Origin: Candidatus Niyogibacteria bacterium
GTDB taxonomy: Bacteria > Patescibacteriota > Minisyncoccia > JACROR01
Reading direction: 5' to 3'
DNA: 64,000 nt
Assembly (NCBI GenBank): GCA_016214345.1
Contig: JACROR010000001.1
Location: 1,264 to 65,263, forward strand
Part shown: piece by piece, positions 1-8,577 of the stretch
How the letters are laid out: each line of letters begins with the position of its first letter
Numbering within the stretch: the stretch's first letter is position 1
The notes under the pieces: generated by a model
The model's input: the letters and a program-made list of their open reading frames with translations, nothing else
What the model was told of the DNA's origin: nothing
The model's database searches: none
Program-made: the position numbers and the translations under genes

Positions 1-248
1 GCGGAAGAAGGAGCGGTTTTAGGCGGCGCGGATAATTCTTTCAAAATTTTCTGTTTTTCGGCATCAGGCAAAACATCGCCCTCAGGCACCGACAAATCTT
101 TAAGCACAGCGCGCTTCTCTTCACTAGTAAAAGGGACGAATGGCTCAACAGCGGATTTTTTTATTACTGTAAAATAATAAAAAACTGCCGCCGATATTAT
201 AATAACAACCATTACTGCTATTATAATAACTATCTTTTTCTTGTTCAT
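1..248 (-). CDS. Hypothetical membrane-anchored protein, 3' end outside the window
   Basis: Manual translation from ATG at 248: MNKKKIVIIIAVMVVIIISAAVFYYF (N-terminal TM anchor), then repeated EEKRAVLKDLSVP / AEKQKILKELSAP; frame open to the window edge. Confidence 0.7.
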   Translation of the reverse strand, partial: MNKKKIVIIIAVMVVIIISAAVFYYFTVIKKSAVEPFVPFTSEEKRAVLKDLSVPEGDVLPDAEKQKILKELSAPPKTAPSS

Positions 249-281
249 GATATATTAATTTTACATGATATATTAATTTTA
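246..281. repeat. Exact 18-bp tandem duplication (CATGATATATTAATTTTA x2) spanning the start codon
   Basis: Read directly: 246-263 equals 264-281. Confidence 0.9.
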
Positions 282-329
282 CACCAGCGAGCTTACAAAC
301 TCAAATATCAAATGTTGAAAACTGACCGG

Positions 330-1586
330 CTATGGATAAAACGCTTCTTTTGTATATTTGTTAGACGCATCCCATACCATCCAGCTTGTAAGCCCCGCGT
401 CATAAACCGCCCTCTTCTGCAGATTGACCATCTCCGCCGTATAAATCGCTCCCAGATCAAAGTCCTGAATCCATGGGCGAAGTTTTTCAGGCGTAGAACT
501 ATCGGCGATCAACCGATCGGAGGCCATTTTCATGCCCTTATAAACTATTTCGTAAGGATGATCCGCCGGATTTTTATAACCGTTATACCCCTTCGGATAA
601 TGCGACGGGTATACCATGGGCGCGATGTAATCAAAATACGGAGCCGCCCGCTCCAACACCTGTCCGATATTTAAATCATCGGTGTTGACCGTTACCATTC
701 CGAAGAGATCCGCGGACAGAGGCACGCCAATGTCTTTTAAGTTGTCCGATAGATATTTGAAAAATTGTTCCAGCATGTCCGCTTTACTTGGAGGTTCAAC
801 CTCCAAGTCTAACTTGGAGGTTGAACCTCCAAGTTGATAACCTCCGAGCACATCGCCGCAAAAAGTATAAACAATGTTTTTCATGTTGCCGTCGGATGGA
901 AATCTTATGTAATCAAAATTAAGTTCATCAAAACCGACGCGCTCCGCTTCCCGCGCGATCTTTATCGTATAATCCCAAACTTCTTTGGAACACTGATCCA
1001 GCCAGCTTATACCCTTGTAATCTTTCCACGCCACCCCTTCTTTGGTTTTAACCGCCAAGTCAGAGCGTAATTTAACCAAAAAAGCGTCTTGAAAAACGCT
1101 TATGCGCGCGATCGCGTAAATATTTTTATCGTGCAAAATTTTTATAAAACCCCCGATATCCGGAATGCGCTTTTCCGGCGCCCCTAACGCGGCAATTTCA
1201 GGATCGGAAACTTCAAAAGAAATCCGCCCCGTATAATCTTTGACATCCACGACTACCGCGTTTAATTCTGACGAATCTATAAAATTAACGAGACTTTTGC
1301 GCCAATCGGTCGTCCCCGCGACCCAACTTGTCATATATATTGCCTTTACTGATTTTGGCGTTTTTAGATGCGTTACTTTCGCAGGCTCAACTTTAACGGC
1401 GCAATCCGCCCCCTCACAAACAACATTTTCTTTTACATATTTCGATTGGCCATCATTGATATTGGGAGCCAAAACAAATATACCTATGCCGAAAATAGCT
1501 CCCACTAAAAGAGCCTGCCAACGCCTATTCGCCGACATATTCAAACCCAAAATAAATTTTTTTACGCGCCGCGACAAATCTTTCAT
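330..1586 (-). CDS. Putative glycoside hydrolase (DUF4015-like TIM barrel), N-terminal TM anchor
   Basis: Motifs KAIYMT, NAVVVDVKD, ARISVFQD, GFDELNFDYIRFPSDG, PMVYPSHY, RPWIQDF. Confidence 0.75.
   Translation of the reverse strand: MKDLSRRVKKFILGLNMSANRRWQALLVGAIFGIGIFVLAPNINDGQSKYVKENVVCEGADCAVKVEPAKVTHLKTPKSVKAIYMTSWVAGTTDWRKSLVNFIDSSELNAVVVDVKDYTGRISFEVSDPEIAALGAPEKRIPDIGGFIKILHDKNIYAIARISVFQDAFLVKLRSDLAVKTKEGVAWKDYKGISWLDQCSKEVWDYTIKIAREAERVGFDELNFDYIRFPSDGNMKNIVYTFCGDVLGGYQLGGSTSKLDLEVEPPSKADMLEQFFKYLSDNLKDIGVPLSADLFGMVTVNTDDLNIGQVLERAAPYFDYIAPMVYPSHYPKGYNGYKNPADHPYEIVYKGMKMASDRLIADSSTPEKLRPWIQDFDLGAIYTAEMVNLQKRAVYDAGLTSWMVWDASNKYTKEAFYP
786..834. repeat. Nested palindrome inside the CDS: two 23-bp hairpin units ACTTGGAGGTT(C/G)AACCTCCAAGT that are reverse complements of each other
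   Basis: Units at 786-808 and 812-834 with spacer CTA; encodes LGGSTSKLDLEVEPPS. Confidence 0.9.
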
Positions 1587-1591
1587 GGTAT

Positions 1592-2908
1592 TTAGATTTT
1601 ATTCAGATCAAAATCAGGGTCTGCTAAATTACTTTTATGTTCCGACAAATCGCGTCTCTCCCGAATCATCCGCACAACCTTCCCCAAATATTCTTGTCCG
1701 TTCAGAAGAATGGCGCCTATCATTATGCCATTTTTCAAGAAAAAACGCGAATACTCGCCACGCATTTCCCGAACACGCGCTACCGCTTCAATACCGACAT
1801 CTTCCCTGGCATGGCCAATAAGCGCGATATGATTTTTCAAATGCGTAACCGCGTAAGAAAATACGGTGTCAAATTTTACGCGCCTGCCTGCCGGACAGGC
1901 AGGCTTGTTCTCTTCGCCGTCATTTAATGCCATATTAAAACCGGCAACTTTGCCCTGCATAAAAGATTCGCTCCAACTGCCGGACAATTTATCCATTCCG
2001 GAATAAAGGTCCGGATATTCAACCGCATCGCCCGCGGCCCAAACATTTTTACGGGAGGTTTCCATAAATTCATTAACCCTAATGCCAACACCATGCATAA
2101 GAGCGCACGATTTTGCCAATTCCAAATTGCGTTCCAATCCCACGCCCACCGCCACTATATCCGCGATTATTTTATCGCCTTTATCGGTGAGCACTCTCGC
2201 GCTGTCCAGCGCTTCCGATATGGCCTTAACCTCCGAATCAAAAAATATCTCTATGCCGCGGCTTTTCCACAAATCGGCGAACATCGCGGAACCGCGTTCA
2301 TCCAGATGCTCTTCCCAAAAACGCTTTTTGCGCAAAAGCACGGTTACTTCAAAACCCGCGTTATAAAAAATATCTATGAGATCCAAGGCATTCAATCCAC
2401 CGCCAACAACCAAAACTTTACCGCGCCGCTTCTCTTTAATGCCCAATTTGGGATTGACCCATTCCACTTCCCGATATTTTTCCATAAGTTCCCGGACGCG
2501 CCCGGCATCTTGCATTGTGCGCAAACGTGCCACGCGAGATAGCGCGCCCTCTTCTTGCGGCCAAAATTTGGGATGCCCGCCGCCGGCCAAAAGAACCTTA
2601 TTGAAAATAAAAATCTTGCCTGAAGCCGTGCGCGCTTCCGCGGCGCCCAAATCCAAAGATTCAATACGCTCGCCCAAATACAGATCTATTTTAGCGGATT
2701 CATAATCAGCTAGACGGCGAAGCATTAATTTCTCCGCGGGAATATTACCGGCGGCAAAATCAGGCAACGCGACGCGCGAATACAAAAAATGCGGCTCGGC
2801 TTCCACCAACGCGATAGAACCAGCGCCGTCTTGGCTACGAATGGTTTCCGCCGCAGTCGTACCAGCTATCCCTCCGCCAATGATCAAATAATTATATCTT
2901 TCGGCCAT
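1592..2908 (-). CDS. FAD-dependent pyridine nucleotide-disulfide oxidoreductase (NirB/rubredoxin-reductase-like)
   Basis: IIGGGIAG, YSRVALP, second Rossmann VVGGG, ETSRKNVWAAGD. Confidence 0.85.
   Translation of the reverse strand: MAERYNYLIIGGGIAGTTAAETIRSQDGAGSIALVEAEPHFLYSRVALPDFAAGNIPAEKLMLRRLADYESAKIDLYLGERIESLDLGAAEARTASGKIFIFNKVLLAGGGHPKFWPQEEGALSRVARLRTMQDAGRVRELMEKYREVEWVNPKLGIKEKRRGKVLVVGGGLNALDLIDIFYNAGFEVTVLLRKKRFWEEHLDERGSAMFADLWKSRGIEIFFDSEVKAISEALDSARVLTDKGDKIIADIVAVGVGLERNLELAKSCALMHGVGIRVNEFMETSRKNVWAAGDAVEYPDLYSGMDKLSGSWSESFMQGKVAGFNMALNDGEENKPACPAGRRVKFDTVFSYAVTHLKNHIALIGHAREDVGIEAVARVREMRGEYSRFFLKNGIMIGAILLNGQEYLGKVVRMIRERRDLSEHKSNLADPDFDLNKI
1882..1904. repeat. In-frame palindromic element GCCTGCCTG-CCGGA-CAGGCAGGC
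   Basis: Perfect 9-bp inverted repeat; encodes PACPAGR in the oxidoreductase. Confidence 0.85.
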
Positions 2909-2929
2909 GGCTTAATTGTAGCATACGCG

Positions 2930-2960
2930 AATAAAATTCCGGTGTAGCCGGAATTTTATT
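2930..2960 (-). terminator. Intrinsic terminator-like hairpin downstream of 3003-3251
   Basis: AATAAAATTCCGG-TGTAG-CCGGAATTTTATT. Confidence 0.7.
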
Positions 2961-2968
2961 AGAAATCA

Positions 2969-2993
2969 AATTTGGAGGCTTGGCCTCCAAATT
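2969..2993. repeat. Intergenic palindrome related to the 786-834 element
   Basis: AATTTGGAGGC-TTG-GCCTCCAAATT shares the TTGGAGG...CCTCCAA core. Confidence 0.75.
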
Positions 2994-3002
2994 AAAATAT
3001 CT

Positions 3003-3251
3003 TTACATTCCCAAATGTCCCGGCATGGTGGGCTTTTCCGTAATTACCGGTTCACGCGGCTTTTGCGGCGCGAGAGGCGCTACTTCTCCCGGCTGCGCGC
3101 TTTTTTCACCGGATACCGCCCAAAATCCCAACACGGCAATAACAACACCCAACAATATTAAAACCATGCGCTCAACCGCCAAAGAAAAATTTATAAACGG
3201 CACTAAAATCACCAACAATCCTAAAACTCCATTAATCCAATTTTTCCACAT
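3003..3251 (-). CDS. Small 2-TM membrane protein (SPW-repeat-like)
   Basis: MWKNWINGVLGLLVILVPF; two hydrophobic helices and a Pro-rich tail. Confidence 0.65.
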   Translation of the reverse strand: MWKNWINGVLGLLVILVPFINFSLAVERMVLILLGVVIAVLGFWAVSGEKSAQPGEVAPLAPQKPREPVITEKPTMPGHLGM

Positions 3252-3406
3252 AATTCAATTAAAAAATTTATTTTTTATAAATATCACGACCTTGCTTTTT
3301 AGTTTTCAGGTTCTAGGTTATAGTTTTTAGGTTATTATCTATATCTATGCCTTTCTATTATTATATATGAATTTGGTAAATAATATACTCCACGCAGAGA
3401 AAATCC

Positions 3407-3841
3407 TCACTTGGACACCGAGTGTCCAAGTGACAATAAAAAGAGAAGCGCGGTCGTGGTGGCGGAAACCATGCAATAAAAACATATCGCATTTATAACA
3501 AAAAGTTGAAGATAAACAAAATAGAGCGAAAATAAGACGCCTAGTCCAACTAAAGCGCACGCTCCCCAAAGCGCGTATTTTTGTTTTTCTATCATATATA
3601 TTAGCGTCAAAAATAAAAATCCGGCGTAATAAATCATGCCCCAAAGAGAGGTCGGCAATCCAAACATAATCGCGTAAGGGTTGTTTAACACAGTATTGCA
3701 CCCTTCAAAAATAACGCACCTGACGCCTTCGCCGCTGTAATGCTCCCAAGTCAAATAAGCGGCATCAAACAATCCCACGGTCGCCAAAACAAGCATCGCG
3801 ATCAAAACCATTTTCTTTTTATCCATATTCTCAAATCGCAT
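3407..3841 (-). CDS. Vitamin K epoxide reductase (VKOR) family disulfide-bond protein
   Basis: CVIFEGCNTVL loop cysteine pair, GLPTSLWG, active-site CFYC, 4 TM. Confidence 0.9.
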   Translation of the reverse strand: MRFENMDKKKMVLIAMLVLATVGLFDAAYLTWEHYSGEGVRCVIFEGCNTVLNNPYAIMFGLPTSLWGMIYYAGFLFLTLIYMIEKQKYALWGACALVGLGVLFSLYFVYLQLFVINAICFYCMVSATTTALLFLLSLGHSVSK

Positions 3842-3946
3842 TAAAAAATATTAGCATAGAAAAATAAAAAATAAAATTAGATTACTAATTATTACTAAAT
3901 ATAATCATTGCGTTTACAAAAATTTTTCTGAGCGTAACATTGAAAG

Positions 3947-4825
3947 ATGGGTTTTATTTTAGCTTTCTTGACCGCAATAGCGGAATCCACGACCAATGTT
4001 TTAAGCAAAAAAGCGCTAATCAATAAAAGCGAATATTCTATGGCGTGGACTTTGCGATTTTTTTCATTGCCATTTTTACTTTTAATGCTTGCATTGACAG
4101 AAAAATCAGCCTTACAAATAATCAACGAAAAATTCTGGCTGGCCCTTTTAATAAGCGGAGGATTGAACTCCCTAACCACCGTTCTCAGCATGAAAGCCAT
4201 AAAATATTCTGATCTTTCGGTAACTGTTCCCATGCTCGCCTTTTCTCCGGCGTTTCTTTTAATAACATCTCCTGTAATATTGGGAGAAACGCCAACGATC
4301 ATCGGCGTCGTCGGAATTCTCTTGATTGTATTGGGATCCTATATTCTCAATCTTCAAGAAAAGAAAAACGGATATTTGGAACCCTTCAAGGCATTGCTCA
4401 AAGAAAAAGGATCTCGGCTAATGTTGTTGGTCGCCTTTATCTGGTCAATTACCTCTAACTTTGATAAAATAGGCGTGCAAAATTCTTCGCCTATTTTGTG
4501 GGCAACAGCAGTTAATATTTTTATAGTCATTGTTTTGTTGCCGATTTTATGGTGGATAAACAGCCCCGCCAATCAAATAAAAATATTTAAAGACACCAAA
4601 ACTTTATTCTTGATCGGATTTTTTGGAGCGTTGGTTAGTATTTTTCAAATGACGGCCGTCAATCTGATACTGGTAAGCTATGTCATAGCCATAAAACGCC
4701 TTAGCATAATTTTCACCACCATCGCCGGTTATCTATTTTTTAAAGAACAGAAATTGCGCGAACGACTTGCGGGCGCGATCATTATGCTGATTGGCGTTGT
4801 TTTGATTATCTGGCGCGGAATATAA
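3947..4825 (+). CDS. EamA/DMT family transporter
   Basis: About 10 TM in two repeats; SDLSVTVPMLAFSP, ILGE, YVIAIKR, FFKE. Confidence 0.85.
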   Translation: MGFILAFLTAIAESTTNVLSKKALINKSEYSMAWTLRFFSLPFLLLMLALTEKSALQIINEKFWLALLISGGLNSLTTVLSMKAIKYSDLSVTVPMLAFSPAFLLITSPVILGETPTIIGVVGILLIVLGSYILNLQEKKNGYLEPFKALLKEKGSRLMLLVAFIWSITSNFDKIGVQNSSPILWATAVNIFIVIVLLPILWWINSPANQIKIFKDTKTLFLIGFFGALVSIFQMTAVNLILVSYVIAIKRLSIIFTTIAGYLFFKEQKLRERLAGAIIMLIGVVLIIWRGI

Positions 4826-4860
4826 AAAAATCTCATAGCATATTCTGCTATGAGATTTTT
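4826..4860. terminator. Bidirectional terminator between convergent genes
   Basis: 15-bp perfect stem AAAAATCTCATAGCA / TGCTATGAGATTTTT. Confidence 0.8.
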
Positions 4861-4868
4861 GACTGCAA

Positions 4869-5699
4869 TTATTTTTTTATCAAACCGCTCTGTAAAAAAG
4901 AGGGCTGAACGCCAATAGATGCCAATAATACCGTTTGTCTTTCAAATTTGGTTGCCATTTTTGACATATGGCGCTTATAAAGTTCTGGCTGCTGCGCAGG
5001 ATCGGGCAACTCATACTTTTGAACGCCTTCGCCTTGCGGATCAATGGCCGCTATGCATGGCCCAAAATTTTCCACCAATCTGGCTAAAGGAATTATTTCT
5101 TCCACGCCGGACAACTGATAATGCGCCATTTGGTGCATTTCCTTAGACCATCCTAGTATATATGTCCCCGATTGATGATCAGCGATTTTAGCGGCCCGCA
5201 AATCAAAACCGCCGACCGTCATTAACGCAACATTGTCCCACAAACAAAAAGTGTTTGCCAATCTTCCTTCATGGATGGATTCCGACAACTCATTGATTGC
5301 CACGCCAACGGCGCGCGCGCCCTTTTGAATGGGCTCATTGAAATAACTTCTAGCGCTAACGGACAAAATAATGGAATAATCCATGCCATTTCGCAACTGC
5401 AAAGCTATCCCATAATTAAGCAAGCCGCAAAACAGATCGCCGCGCCGCACTTCGCTTAAATAAACATCGGGCACGCCCTGAAGCGCGCTCTGAAGAGATG
5501 CATATGTGTAACCACAATCCGATTCGGCAAATCTTTTATCCGCCCAAACCAACACATCTATCCTGTGAATGGCTTGGTATCCGCCTATCGTTAATCGCAC
5601 GGCCCGTTCTACGGCATCCTTAACCGTAGCCACTCTTCCTGCCACATCTTTTGAATCGGTAGCATAGGTACGCAATATCAAACCAACTCTTGGCTCCAA
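4869..5699 (-). CDS. Hypothetical protein, possibly a divergent GT-A (GT2-like) glycosyltransferase
   Basis: TTG start after SD GGAGG; LNYGI, NTFCLWDNVALMTVGGFD and GVEE resemble GT2 C-terminal motifs. Confidence 0.5.
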   Translation of the reverse strand: MEPRVGLILRTYATDSKDVAGRVATVKDAVERAVRLTIGGYQAIHRIDVLVWADKRFAESDCGYTYASLQSALQGVPDVYLSEVRRGDLFCGLLNYGIALQLRNGMDYSIILSVSARSYFNEPIQKGARAVGVAINELSESIHEGRLANTFCLWDNVALMTVGGFDLRAAKIADHQSGTYILGWSKEMHQMAHYQLSGVEEIIPLARLVENFGPCIAAIDPQGEGVQKYELPDPAQQPELYKRHMSKMATKFERQTVLLASIGVQPSFLQSGLIKK

Positions 5700-5830
5700 C
5701 GCAAATCCTCCTCTGTCTGTTCAGGTTGACAAGCTAAAAAATTGTTAAAAAACTATATTACCATCTGGTCATTTTTTATTGGTTAAATAATAACGTGACA
5801 ATTATTTTTTGTCCAAACAAAATTCCAAAT

Positions 5831-5856
5831 AAAAACCTCGCGTAAAAGCGAGGTTT
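5831..5856 (-). terminator. Terminator after deoC
   Basis: AAACCTCGC-GTAAAA-GCGAGGTTT. Confidence 0.7.
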
Positions 5857-5873
5857 AATAGTTTTATAAATAT

Positions 5874-6569
5874 TTATTCTGGATTCCAAACCGGAGAACT
5901 GGTTCCGATAATTACTTTTTTTGAATGAATGGCCGATAAAATCCTTTGCGTATCCTTTGCGGTTTTAATGCCGCCCGCAATCTTGATGAAAACATCGGGC
6001 GCGGCCTTATGCATCAAGCGCGCGTGCCGTATTTTTTCCGCAAGTGAAATTTCCGGCAAAAATCCGGCCGGAGTGTCTACATCTTTTAACCCCGTAGAGG
6101 TTTTTAACGCAAACACTCCAAAACTCGCCAATTTCACTGAGACCTTTTTAAGCAAGGCTTCGTCATACCACTTATGACCGGTTTCTAAAATTACTTTAAC
6201 GCGCAAGTCTTTCGGCGCTACCGCCATGAATTTCTCCATCTCTTCTAACGCGGCGGCAACATATCCCCTTTTCAACGCCGGCAAATTGATAACCGTATCA
6301 ATTTCTCTGACACCCGCCGTATAAGCCAAAATGACTTCTTTATTTTTGCGTCTTATGCCTCCATCGCCGAACGGAAAGTCATTGACCGCGCACACGAAGA
6401 TTTTGCTATCCGCAGTTTCCCGCGCGCATAATTCCAGAATTGTTAAATTCGGCGGCACGCATACGCTCCGCACCAGATCGGAATGGAGCTTCGCCGTTTG
6501 GCAAAGCTCCATATATTTCTCCAGCGGAGCTTTTTCATCAAGTAAGGTGTAATCAATGTAGGGTTTCAT
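5874..6569 (-). CDS. deoC: Deoxyribose-phosphate aldolase (divergent class I aldolase)
   Basis: IDYTLL, SVCVPP, DFPFG, EIDTVIN, KVILET, KTSTG, KIAGGIK, IGTS; ATG at 6569 overlaps the upstream TGA. Confidence 0.8.
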   Translation of the reverse strand: MKPYIDYTLLDEKAPLEKYMELCQTAKLHSDLVRSVCVPPNLTILELCARETADSKIFVCAVNDFPFGDGGIRRKNKEVILAYTAGVREIDTVINLPALKRGYVAAALEEMEKFMAVAPKDLRVKVILETGHKWYDEALLKKVSVKLASFGVFALKTSTGLKDVDTPAGFLPEISLAEKIRHARLMHKAAPDVFIKIAGGIKTAKDTQRILSAIHSKKVIIGTSSPVWNPE

Positions 6570-7531
6570 AAATGCTTCTTTAAGTTGGCAATGCCATCTT
6601 CTAATGTAACAAACGGCCTCCAGCCCAAAAGTTTTCTGGCGCGCTCCCACGACGCAAGTGTTTCTTTCGCCTCGTCTTTGCGAGGCGCGATGAAAACGAA
6701 ATCCTTGCCCTCTACCAGCGCTTCCTTCGGTTTGCCATGAATCAATGCCGCCACTTCAAAAATGGAATAATTTTTGCCGCAGCCGACATTGATGATTTCC
6801 GCCTTCCCTACTTTGGGCGAAAGCATCGCTTCAATATTAGCGCTCGCCACATCATACACATGCGTGTAATCGCGCCGTGACAATCCATCGGGAACCACGG
6901 TCATAGGAACACCTGCCTTGTATTGATCAAGGAATATGCCGATCACGGTAGCGTATGGACCTTCAGCCGTATCCGGCTGACGCGGACCATAAACATTGAA
7001 GTAGCGCAAACAAACCGTTTCCGGCCCGCCGGTTAATACGCCCATGTCGTAACAAAGCATTTCACCGATACGCTTTGATGAAGCATACGGATTCAACGCC
7101 CGTGGCGCCAATTTCATGTCTTCTGTCAGAGGCAGTTCTGCTTCGCCGTAAGCCGAAGAGGAGGCAGAATACACCACGCGCTTCACGCCGAATTCTTTGC
7201 TCAAAAGCAGAATATTTCTGGCGCCAACCACATTAGACAAAAAACATTCATCCGGTTGTTCAAAAGACGGTTGCATGCGCGCAAACGCCGCGCAATGAAT
7301 CACGAAATCCGGACGCGTTGCCGCGAAAATTTCGCGCATCTGCTCCAGATGGGCAATATCCATCACGAAATACGACGCCTTATCATTATGGAAAGCCGCA
7401 TAATCATTCGGATGTTTTACATCCACTACTTTGACTATGGCGCCATATTCCACCAATTTATCCACGACACGGCTACCGATGAAACCGAGGCCTCCAGTTA
7501 CCATTATTCTTTTGCCGTTTAAATCATACAT
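6566..7531 (-). CDS. NAD-dependent NDP-sugar epimerase/dehydratase (extended SDR)
   Basis: VTGGLGFIGS, YSASSSAYG, NPYASSK, LRYFNVYGP; SD AGGAGG. Confidence 0.9.
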   Translation of the reverse strand: MYDLNGKRIMVTGGLGFIGSRVVDKLVEYGAIVKVVDVKHPNDYAAFHNDKASYFVMDIAHLEQMREIFAATRPDFVIHCAAFARMQPSFEQPDECFLSNVVGARNILLLSKEFGVKRVVYSASSSAYGEAELPLTEDMKLAPRALNPYASSKRIGEMLCYDMGVLTGGPETVCLRYFNVYGPRQPDTAEGPYATVIGIFLDQYKAGVPMTVVPDGLSRRDYTHVYDVASANIEAMLSPKVGKAEIINVGCGKNYSIFEVAALIHGKPKEALVEGKDFVFIAPRKDEAKETLASWERARKLLGWRPFVTLEDGIANLKKHL

Positions 7532-7532
7532 G

Positions 7533-8441
7533 TCACTCTCCTCCTTTTTCAATGTGTCCGCTAACATCTTCTATGGAAAGTCCCTGCGACTCGAGCAAAA
7601 TTTCATTGAATGCGTAACTCGCGTAAAGCAAGTCGAGCACGGCTTTCAATAATTTCGTATCTTCGCCTTTCGCGCGTCTTTCTTCATACAAGCTGTTTAT
7701 CCAAGAAATGAGCGCACGGGAATCTTTCGGAAAACAATATCCGCCGAATCCTCTGTAACCGCCGCGCTTGACATCCGTCCACGCCCCGCCGATTCTACTA
7801 TCTGCCGTCACGACTCGCTTGATATGATCGTAATCCGCGCCTATCGCTTCCGCCACGACATTCATCGCATTCGCAAAACTGACCTTGGAGGCGCCGAACA
7901 TATTGGCAAAATATTTAGCTAATTCGGCTTCAAATGCCGTAATTTGAATCGAGGAATTCTCCACCCCGGGACTTTCAAATTTCGCCCAAGGCAAAATATT
8001 AAGCACCGTACGCGCGTAAGGCCGGCTCCGTTCCGTAAATCCCACAATCTGGCGATCCGGATCCACAAAATCCAAATCCGCGTTGACTTCCGTCAAAAAT
8101 TCTGGATTAAACAAGGTAGCGACATTATATTTTTCGCCTAACATATCCGTAGTGCCCGGTTCAACCGTGGACTTAATAACCACGATTTTATCCGACGTAC
8201 GAAACTGCGCCACGACACTCTCCACGATTGAACTGTCACAACGGCCATCCTTACGGCTTGGCGTGGGCACGCAAATAAATACGATTTCCGCTGTTTGTAC
8301 GTCATCTTTCAAATCAGGCTCCTGATTCGCGTCATAAAGAAACAAATCCTGTCCCTGCCTCCAGCCCTGCGACAAAAACCAATTTGCCACTTGCCGGCCC
8401 ACAAATCCTAATCCAATCACGCCAATTTTAAGATCGCTCAT
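7533..8441 (-). CDS. UDP-glucose/GDP-mannose 6-dehydrogenase family, short form without the C-terminal domain
   Basis: IGLGFVG, ICVPTP, IKSTVEPG, NPEFL, AELAKYFAN, GFGGYCFPKD; only 302 aa. Confidence 0.85.
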   Translation of the reverse strand: MSDLKIGVIGLGFVGRQVANWFLSQGWRQGQDLFLYDANQEPDLKDDVQTAEIVFICVPTPSRKDGRCDSSIVESVVAQFRTSDKIVVIKSTVEPGTTDMLGEKYNVATLFNPEFLTEVNADLDFVDPDRQIVGFTERSRPYARTVLNILPWAKFESPGVENSSIQITAFEAELAKYFANMFGASKVSFANAMNVVAEAIGADYDHIKRVVTADSRIGGAWTDVKRGGYRGFGGYCFPKDSRALISWINSLYEERRAKGEDTKLLKAVLDLLYASYAFNEILLESQGLSIEDVSGHIEKGGE

Positions 8442-8577
8442 GGCTCACCTCTTCCTGATTGTTCAATTGTAAAGCAACGGTTTTTAACAACATAGCACGA
8501 AAATAATCCGCAGTCCAGCTAAAAACGCTCATTTCTTTAACCCTTTAAAATTACTGAAACAGTGCTAAAATAGCGGC

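Noticed and set aside
786-845. CRISPR array
   Set aside because: Only two units separated by 3 bp, inside a CDS, with no spacers or cas genes
312-2705. Plus-strand ORFs here, and the many short antisense ORFs across the window
   Set aside because: Shadow frames of well-supported genes with no motifs of their own
3295-3335. Degenerate 7-nt tandem repeat (TTCTAGG/TTATAGT/TTTTAGG)
   Set aside because: Too short and degenerate to assign with confidence
7533-8441. UDP-glucose dehydrogenase pseudogene
   Set aside because: Catalytic GGYCFPKD is intact and the gene is tightly coupled to the next one; a natural short form is more likely than decay
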